The translations under genes were made by a program, and so were the position numbers. This document shows, in pieces, positions 57,982 to 64,000 of a stretch of DNA of 64,000 nucleotides. Location of the stretch: positions 245,539 through 309,538 of the forward strand of contig DRFS01000006.1 in the NCBI GenBank assembly GCA_011050415.1, given 5' to 3'. This DNA comes from Halomonas sp. Its GTDB lineage: Bacteria; Pseudomonadota; Gammaproteobacteria; Pseudomonadales; Halomonadaceae. The first letter of the stretch is position 1; the number at the start of each line of letters is the position of its first letter. The notes below the pieces were generated by a model, which was given only the letters and a program-made list of their open reading frames with translations, made no database searches and had not been told where the DNA came from.

Positions 57982-59574
57982 CTACTTCAGTACGGTTGCT
58001 AATAGCGATGTGGCATTTTCGATTAGTTCATCTAAATGCTGTTCGCCTTTAAAGCTCTCCGCATAGACTTTGTAGAGCGACTCCGTACCACTCGGACGCG
58101 CAGCAAACCAGCCGTTTTCGGTAGTCACTTTGATGCCACCAATAGCCGCGCCATTGCCAGGCGCATTCACCAGCACAGCTGTGATAGGGTCGCCTGCCAA
58201 GGAGGTTTCCGTCACACTCTCAGCGCTAAGATTTTTAAACGCCGCTTTCTGCTCTGGCGAACAAGGTGTATCAACGCGCTTGTAGAAAGGTTCGCCAAAG
58301 CGCTCTGTAAGCGTGCGGTAATACTCGCTAGGCGTTTTACCCGTTACCGCCATGATCTCCGCTGCCAGTAAACACAGCACGATGCCATCTTTATCGGTAG
58401 ACCACGCGTTACCATCGCGGGTCAGCAAACTAGCGCCAGCGCTCTCTTCCCCGCCGAACGCCAACCAGCCTTCATGCAGCCCATCCACAAACCACTTAAA
58501 GCCTACGGGCACTTCATAAAGCTCACGCCCATGAGAAGCGACCACACGGTCAATCATGGAAGAAGAGACCAGCGTCTTACCGATTTTTAAGCTAGCGACC
58601 CACTCAGGGCGATGGGTGATCAGATAATCGATACACACTGCCAAAAAGTGGTTTGGATTCATCAAGCCGTTGGCATCAACAATGCCATGACGATCAGCAT
58701 CCGGGTCGTTGCCAAAGGCGATATCGAACTGGTCTTTAATCTTCAACAGATTCGCCATGGCTGCCGGGCTTGAGCAATCCATGCGGATCTTGCCGTCATG
58801 GTCTGGCGGCATAAAGGCAAATTCAGCGTCTACCGTGGTATTAACGACATTAAGATTCAACTTGTAGTGGGCAACAATGGCTTGCCATACCGGCAACGCA
58901 GTACCGCCCATTGGGTCAACGCCCAAGGTCAGATTTGCTTGTTGAATAGTGCCCATATCCACCACATCCGACAGCTGAGCGACATAATGGGCAGTAAAGT
59001 CATACTGTTGAGCATGGCCCAGTGCCTGCTCCACCGGAACAATAGGTACGTCTGTCAATTTTCTCAATAGGTACGCATTTGCACGTAACTCAATCCAGCT
59101 GGTGATATCGGTTTCAGCGGGGCCGCCGTGGTGGGGGTTATACTTAATACCGCCATCTTCTGGAGGGTTATGCGAAGGCGTAATAATTAACCCATCTGCC
59201 CAACCTGAATTATTCACTTCCTGACGGAGAGGACGGTTATGCTGCAAAATCGCATGGCTGACCAAAGGCGTTGCGGTGTAGCCGTGCCCTTTCTCTACAA
59301 ATACGGGCACATTATTAGCGGCGAGCACTTGCAGTGCACACTCCCAAGCGGATCGTGAAAGCGCATGGGTATCGAAGCCCAAAAACAGCGGGCCCTGATA
59401 GTCCGCCTGGCGGCGGTAATCAACTACCGCCTGCGTTATTGCGTAAATGTGGTCTTGATTAAAAGTGCGCTTTATTGAGCTGCCACGGTGTCCAGAGGTA
59501 CCAAACGCTACGCGCTCAGCTACATGAGCGGCATCCGGCCTTTCCTGATAAAACGCTTTCGTGATGGCATCCAT
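57982..59574 (-). CDS. pgm: Phosphoglucomutase (alpha-D-glucose phosphate-specific)
   Basis: FGTSGHRGSS, TPSHNPPEDGGIKYN, DPDADRHG, GFKWF, GGEESAG, RPSGTE..YK.YAESF. Confidence 0.96.
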   Translation of the reverse strand: MDAITKAFYQERPDAAHVAERVAFGTSGHRGSSIKRTFNQDHIYAITQAVVDYRRQADYQGPLFLGFDTHALSRSAWECALQVLAANNVPVFVEKGHGYTATPLVSHAILQHNRPLRQEVNNSGWADGLIITPSHNPPEDGGIKYNPHHGGPAETDITSWIELRANAYLLRKLTDVPIVPVEQALGHAQQYDFTAHYVAQLSDVVDMGTIQQANLTLGVDPMGGTALPVWQAIVAHYKLNLNVVNTTVDAEFAFMPPDHDGKIRMDCSSPAAMANLLKIKDQFDIAFGNDPDADRHGIVDANGLMNPNHFLAVCIDYLITHRPEWVASLKIGKTLVSSSMIDRVVASHGRELYEVPVGFKWFVDGLHEGWLAFGGEESAGASLLTRDGNAWSTDKDGIVLCLLAAEIMAVTGKTPSEYYRTLTERFGEPFYKRVDTPCSPEQKAAFKNLSAESVTETSLAGDPITAVLVNAPGNGAAIGGIKVTTENGWFAARPSGTESLYKVYAESFKGEQHLDELIENATSLLATVLK

Positions 59575-59714
59575 TTACTTCTCCCTTGCTCAATACCGCC
59601 GATAATCATTCTTTTAATCTGACGAATGAAACGATACTTTCAAATTTTTTCGAGTCATTAGCTTTAAAAAAATATAGCTAAAATGATCCGCATTGCTGCC
59701 ACACTGATTCATTA

Positions 59715-61052
59715 CTAAGCAAGCGTATCTGCAATTTTCTTAGCGCATGCCTGCGCCTGACTAGCGTCAACGGCTTCTACCATGACGCGAATCAGCGGCT
59801 CGGTACCTGATTTGCGCAACAATACACGACCATTTTCCCCTAAGTCAGCTTCAACCTGGGCGACCGTTGTTTTAACGTTATCGGCGTTCAGTGGGTCAAC
59901 ACCTTCTTGGGCGGTATAACGCACATTGATAAGTGTTTGAGGAAACTTATGCATATCCTGCTTGGCTTGATAAAGCGTTGCGCCTTGCTGCAGTAAACAG
60001 GTTAAAACGCGAAGTGAAGCAATCACAGCATCGCCCGTAGAAGCATGGTTTAAGCTAAGCAGGTGGCCCGAACCTTCCCCACCCAACCGCCATCCATTCG
60101 CTTTCAGCTGCTCCATTACGTAACGGTCGCCCACTTTAGCGCGAAGAAAGGGAATCTCCAGCTTCGCTAACGCCTGCTCCAAGCCTAAATTACTCATCTG
60201 GGTGCCGACCACCCCTCCGGTATAGCCCGCTGCTTTGGCATCTTTTGCTAACAGGTAAAGAAGCTCATCGCCATCAACCACACAACCGGTATGGTCAACC
60301 ATCATCAAGCGGTCAGCATCGCCATCTAATGCAATACCCAGATCGGCTTGGTGTTCAACTACTGCCGCCATCACGCTTTGCATTGATGTTGCACCACAGC
60401 GTTCATTAATATTTACCCCATTTGGGGTATCGTGGATGCTAATAACGTTTGCACCCAACTCACGATATACCGCAGGTGCCACCTTATAAGCCGCACCGTT
60501 AGCCGAGTCGACAACAATGGTTAGCCCGTTAAGACTTAACTGCCCCGGCAGGTTAGCCTTACAGTACTCGGTGTAACGGCCAGCGGCGTCGTCTATACGA
60601 CGCGCTTTGCCCAGTTTATCAGAGCTAACACAGGTCATACCGCCATCGATAGCCACTTCCAACCAGCGCTCAATTTCCTGCTCTTGAAGGTCGGTTAGCT
60701 TATGGCCACCCTGGGCAAAAATCTTAATCCCATTATCATCAAACGGGTTATGCGAAGCGCTGATCACCACGCCGGCATCCGCGCGGAAGGTAGAGGTTAA
60801 ATAAGCAACACCGGGGGTAGGCAATGGCCCTACCAGCGCAACATTCACTCCAGCAGCAGAGAAACCGGCTTCTAGAGCGGATTCCAACATGTAGCCGCTG
60901 GCACGGGTATCTTTACCAATTAATACTTCCTTTACACCTTCAGCGCCTAATACCTGCCCCGCCGCCCAGCCAAGCTTCATAGCAAAGTCGGCGGTCATCG
61001 GAAACACACCCACGCGACCACGCACACCGTCAGTGCCAAAATATTTACGCAT
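59715..61052 (-). CDS. glmM: Phosphoglucosamine mutase
   Basis: [56 protein letters not shown]. Confidence 0.96.
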   Translation of the reverse strand: MRKYFGTDGVRGRVGVFPMTADFAMKLGWAAGQVLGAEGVKEVLIGKDTRASGYMLESALEAGFSAAGVNVALVGPLPTPGVAYLTSTFRADAGVVISASHNPFDDNGIKIFAQGGHKLTDLQEQEIERWLEVAIDGGMTCVSSDKLGKARRIDDAAGRYTEYCKANLPGQLSLNGLTIVVDSANGAAYKVAPAVYRELGANVISIHDTPNGVNINERCGATSMQSVMAAVVEHQADLGIALDGDADRLMMVDHTGCVVDGDELLYLLAKDAKAAGYTGGVVGTQMSNLGLEQALAKLEIPFLRAKVGDRYVMEQLKANGWRLGGEGSGHLLSLNHASTGDAVIASLRVLTCLLQQGATLYQAKQDMHKFPQTLINVRYTAQEGVDPLNADNVKTTVAQVEADLGENGRVLLRKSGTEPLIRVMVEAVDASQAQACAKKIADTLA

Positions 61053-61100
61053 CTTAGGAAACCTTTAACGGTGAGTGGTGAATAGTGATTGGTAAGTGGC

Positions 61101-62954
61101 TCACTCTACGGTCACACTCTTAGCAAGGTTGCGCGGCTTATCGACATCGGTGCCTTTCACTAACGCCACGTGGTACGAAAGCAACTGCAGCGCCACCACA
61201 TGCAAAACCGGTGAAAGCAGGCCGTAGTGTTCCGGCATCTGCAGCACATGCACACCTTCAGAAGATTTCACCGCGCTGCCGCCATCGGCAAAGACATACA
61301 GCTGGCCGCCACGAGCGCTGACTTCCTGCATATTGGCTTTTAGCTTCTCCAGCATCTCATCCTTGGGCGCTACCACCACCACAGGCATTTCTGAATCGAC
61401 CAGCGCTAAAGGGCCATGCTTTAACTCACCAGCGGGATAGGCTTCCGCATGAATGTATGAGATCTCTTTAAGCTTCAGCGCCCCTTCCAATGCAATAGGG
61501 TAGTGCCGCCCACGACCTAAAAACAGTGCATGATTTTTATTAGCAAAGTGCTTAGACCACGCTTTAATACTGGGCTCTAACCCCAGAACCTTATCAACCG
61601 CAATAGGTAGGTGGCGCAGCTCATCAAGGTAAGCCTTTTCATCTGCCTCACTTAACCGCTGATTAGCTTTAGCCAGCAACAGCGTCAGCAGGAATAGCGC
61701 GCTTAACTGAGTGGTAAACGCTTTGGTAGATGCCACGCCAATTTCCGGCCCTGCGCGGGTAATAAAGCGCAACGCGGTTTCACGCACAATCGCGGATTCA
61801 GGCACATTGCAGATCGCCAAGGTGAACGCGTGCCCTTGGGCTTTAGCATGATGCAAAGCAGCCAGGGTATCGGCGGTTTCACCGGATTGGGAAATCACCA
61901 CCACCAGCTGCTTAGGATTCGGTACGCTTTGGCGGTAGCGGTACTCGCTGGCAATTTCGACGTTACAGGCAATACCCGCCACCTGCTCAATCCAGTATTT
62001 AGCGGTCATCCCCGCGTAGCTAGAGGTACCACAGGCCAAAATCAGAACGGAATCGACCTGATTAAAAATAGCAGCCGCTTCAGCGCCAAAAATACCGGGT
62101 TGTAACTGCCCTGCCCCACTGATCATTTCAAGCGTATTACTCAGCGCCTGGGGCTGCTCAAAAATTTCTTTCTGCATGTAGTGGCTGTAATCACCCAGCT
62201 CCACTGCATTGGCACTTAAGCTGGAGGTGATAACTTCGCGCTGAGCGGACTGGCCTAACCGGTCTACGATGGTAATAGCGTCACGCGTTAAGTGGGCAAC
62301 ATCGCCGTTTTCCAGATACATCATTTGTCTGGTTACCGACAGCAATGCGGAAGCATCTGAGGCGGCGTAATGGCCATCATCTGCGATACCCAGCATAAGC
62401 GGGGAGCCTTCACGGGCCACCACCACGCACTCAGGCTCTTCTTCGCTAATCACCGCTAAGGCAAACGCCCCTTTCAAATGCGCCACGGCACACTGCACGG
62501 CAGAAAAGAGGTTTTCCGCGGGCTCCCCAATCTGGCCTTGAAAGCAGGCTTGAATTAGATGGGCGATAGTTTCGGTGTCGGTATCGGAGGTGAACTCGTA
62601 GCCCAAGCCCTGCAGCTGTTCGCGCAGCGCTTCATAATTTTCAATAATGCCGTTATGTACTACGGCCAAACCACCGGAAATATGCGGGTGGGCATTTCGT
62701 TCGGCGGGTATACCGTGGGTAGCCCAACGGGTATGAGCAATACCCACGCCACCACTTAAATTTTCCTGAGCGACCTTGGCCGCTAGCTCGGCGACGCGAC
62801 CCTTGGAGCGCGCACGCTGCAAGCCGCTAACACCCTCGCTTGATAACAGCGCCAGCCCCGCGGAATCGTAGCCGCGGTATTCCAATGTTGCGAGTCCCTC
62901 TAGTAGAAAGGGAGTGCTATCCTTTGCGCTGACTGCGCCGACAATGCCACACAT
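61101..62954 (-). CDS. glmS: Glutamine-fructose-6-phosphate aminotransferase (isomerizing)
   Basis: [76 protein letters not shown]. Confidence 0.98.
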   Translation of the reverse strand: MCGIVGAVSAKDSTPFLLEGLATLEYRGYDSAGLALLSSEGVSGLQRARSKGRVAELAAKVAQENLSGGVGIAHTRWATHGIPAERNAHPHISGGLAVVHNGIIENYEALREQLQGLGYEFTSDTDTETIAHLIQACFQGQIGEPAENLFSAVQCAVAHLKGAFALAVISEEEPECVVVAREGSPLMLGIADDGHYAASDASALLSVTRQMMYLENGDVAHLTRDAITIVDRLGQSAQREVITSSLSANAVELGDYSHYMQKEIFEQPQALSNTLEMISGAGQLQPGIFGAEAAAIFNQVDSVLILACGTSSYAGMTAKYWIEQVAGIACNVEIASEYRYRQSVPNPKQLVVVISQSGETADTLAALHHAKAQGHAFTLAICNVPESAIVRETALRFITRAGPEIGVASTKAFTTQLSALFLLTLLLAKANQRLSEADEKAYLDELRHLPIAVDKVLGLEPSIKAWSKHFANKNHALFLGRGRHYPIALEGALKLKEISYIHAEAYPAGELKHGPLALVDSEMPVVVVAPKDEMLEKLKANMQEVSARGGQLYVFADGGSAVKSSEGVHVLQMPEHYGLLSPVLHVVALQLLSYHVALVKGTDVDKPRNLAKSVTVE

Positions 62955-63065
62955 AGTATTTTTACCGGCAATTAATATTCAGTAGACAATGTATACTATT
63001 GTAACTATCTACGCGAGATAATCACAAATGTTAATTTAGCTTTGAAATCTCAGCGCCCCAAAACC

Positions 63066-63839
63066 TCAACAACCCCAAACTACAAAGTTAGGATTGAGCT
63101 TTTCATTAGGGTTAACATAGTTAAGCATGGTGCCTTCCAGCGTTTCTACCCGACCACCCGCTTCAAGCACTACGGCATGAGCAGCGGCGGTATCCCACAA
63201 ACAGGTAGGACCTAAACGCGGATAAGCGTCGGCGAAGCCTTCAGCAATAATGCACAATTTTAACGAGCTCCCCATGGGTAGCATGGTGTATTCACCCAAT
63301 TGCGCTAGCCAAGCGGCTAAATCAGGGCTGGGGTGTGAACGACTGCCCAACACTCGCCACGGGGCTTCCGCTTTAGGCTTGCCAGCTACTGAAATAGCTT
63401 TACGCTGACCATCAGCCTCTATTTTAAACGCGCCCAGCCCTTGTCCAGCTACGTAGCCAACGCCAAGCGCAGGCGCGGTCACCACGCCTAGCACCGGCTT
63501 ACCGTTTTCGATCAGGGCAATATTCACGGTGAATTCGTCGTTACGCTTAATGAATTCTTTGGTGCCATCGAGCGGGTCGACTAACCAGTAACGCCCCTCG
63601 GCATCGGCCCCTGGAAACCCCTCAATATCTTCTTCGGAGAGGATTGGAAACTGCACCGGTAGCGCCTGTAATCCTGCTACGATCACGTTATGCGCTGCCT
63701 TATCGGCCTCAGTCAGCGGGCTTTTATCCTCTTTCTCTTCCACGCTAAACCCATGGGCATAAACGCGCATAATGGCGTCGCCAGCGTCGCGGGCAATACC
63801 CTCAACGGCATCCAATAGTGCTTGATTAATAAGCGCCAT
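63066..63839 (-). CDS. cysQ: 3'(2'),5'-bisphosphate nucleotidase
   Basis: K.DKSPLTEAD, ILSEE, WLVDPLDGTKEFIKRNDEFTVNIAL, GSSLK.C.IAEG..D.YPRLGPT..WDTAAA. Confidence 0.95.
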   Translation of the reverse strand: MALINQALLDAVEGIARDAGDAIMRVYAHGFSVEEKEDKSPLTEADKAAHNVIVAGLQALPVQFPILSEEDIEGFPGADAEGRYWLVDPLDGTKEFIKRNDEFTVNIALIENGKPVLGVVTAPALGVGYVAGQGLGAFKIEADGQRKAISVAGKPKAEAPWRVLGSRSHPSPDLAAWLAQLGEYTMLPMGSSLKLCIIAEGFADAYPRLGPTCLWDTAAAHAVVLEAGGRVETLEGTMLNYVNPNEKLNPNFVVWGC

Positions 63840-63875
63840 ATTTAATTCCCGCTATAAAATGTCGTTGAAGTGAAA

Positions 63876-64000
63876 CTAGCGCGACTGCCAAAATCTAATC
63901 GCGTGCTGCGGGTTACCAATATTCAAGGCATCATGCTCGGCCTGTTTAGCCATGCGCGCCGTTGCGGCCGGATCTTCCAATAACTGCTGCAAACCCTCAC
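63876..64000 (-). CDS. 3' end of a CDS entering from outside the window, probably a GT-B glycosyltransferase
   Basis: Manual translation EGLQQLLEDPAATARMAKQAEHDALNIGNPQHAIRFWQSR* resembles the C-terminal helix of GT-B enzymes; only 40 aa are visible. Confidence 0.45.
   Translation of the reverse strand, partial: EGLQQLLEDPAATARMAKQAEHDALNIGNPQHAIRFWQSR

Noticed and set aside
1689-62759. Numerous 60-150 aa antisense or alternate-frame ORFs inside long genes
   Set aside because: They fully overlap well-supported CDSs, lack motifs and RBSs, and are expected shadow ORFs in GC-rich coding DNA.
62955-63065. glmS ribozyme upstream of glmS
   Set aside because: The spacer is only about 110 bp and AT-rich with no recognisable ribozyme core, and the element is not expected in gammaproteobacteria.

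Overview
Bacterial chromosomal window, most consistent with a Halomonadaceae-type gammaproteobacterium (inferred from gene content and style, not proven). In order it holds: (1) the 5' end of a TRAP solute-binding gene, an RspR/YdfH-like GntR regulator, an HDOD-GGDEF cyclase and an AttEFGH-like ABC/lipocalin operon (1-7.5 kb); (2) an unusually expanded histidine-utilisation region (7.5-28.1 kb) with hutG, hutI, hutU, hutF, hutC, hutD, a canonical hutH, a second HAL-family lyase lacking the MIO-forming Ala-Ser-Gly and coupled to a BCCT transporter, two Fe(II)/2OG dioxygenases, an FAD-linked 2-hydroxyacid dehydrogenase broken by an in-frame TAA, a polar amino acid ABC transporter, a HisC-like aminotransferase and a second HutC, with five TGTATATACA-type operators and two sigma-54 promoters; (3) a carnitine catabolic operon and its AraC regulator (28.3-31.6 kb); (4) small, mostly exported accessory genes ending at tRNA-Arg(CCT) (31.7-35.2 kb); (5) an AEC transporter and a Cache/PAS-GGDEF cyclase; (6) a capsule operon kpsC-kpsS-wcbP-wcbQ-wcbR (type I PKS)-wcbT-rfaH (38.7-53.6 kb); (7) a RAYT transposase followed by about 1 kb of paired GTAG-family REPs; (8) a reverse-strand sugar-precursor cassette cysQ-glmS-glmM-pgm-pgi-galU and the 3' end of a probable glycosyltransferase. 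The strongest leads are a predicted methylated-histidine (e.g. hercynine) scavenging system grafted onto Hut, and a PKS/alpha-oxoamine-synthase module that may build a non-standard lipid anchor for the capsule. All functional calls come from motif recognition; no database searches were run.
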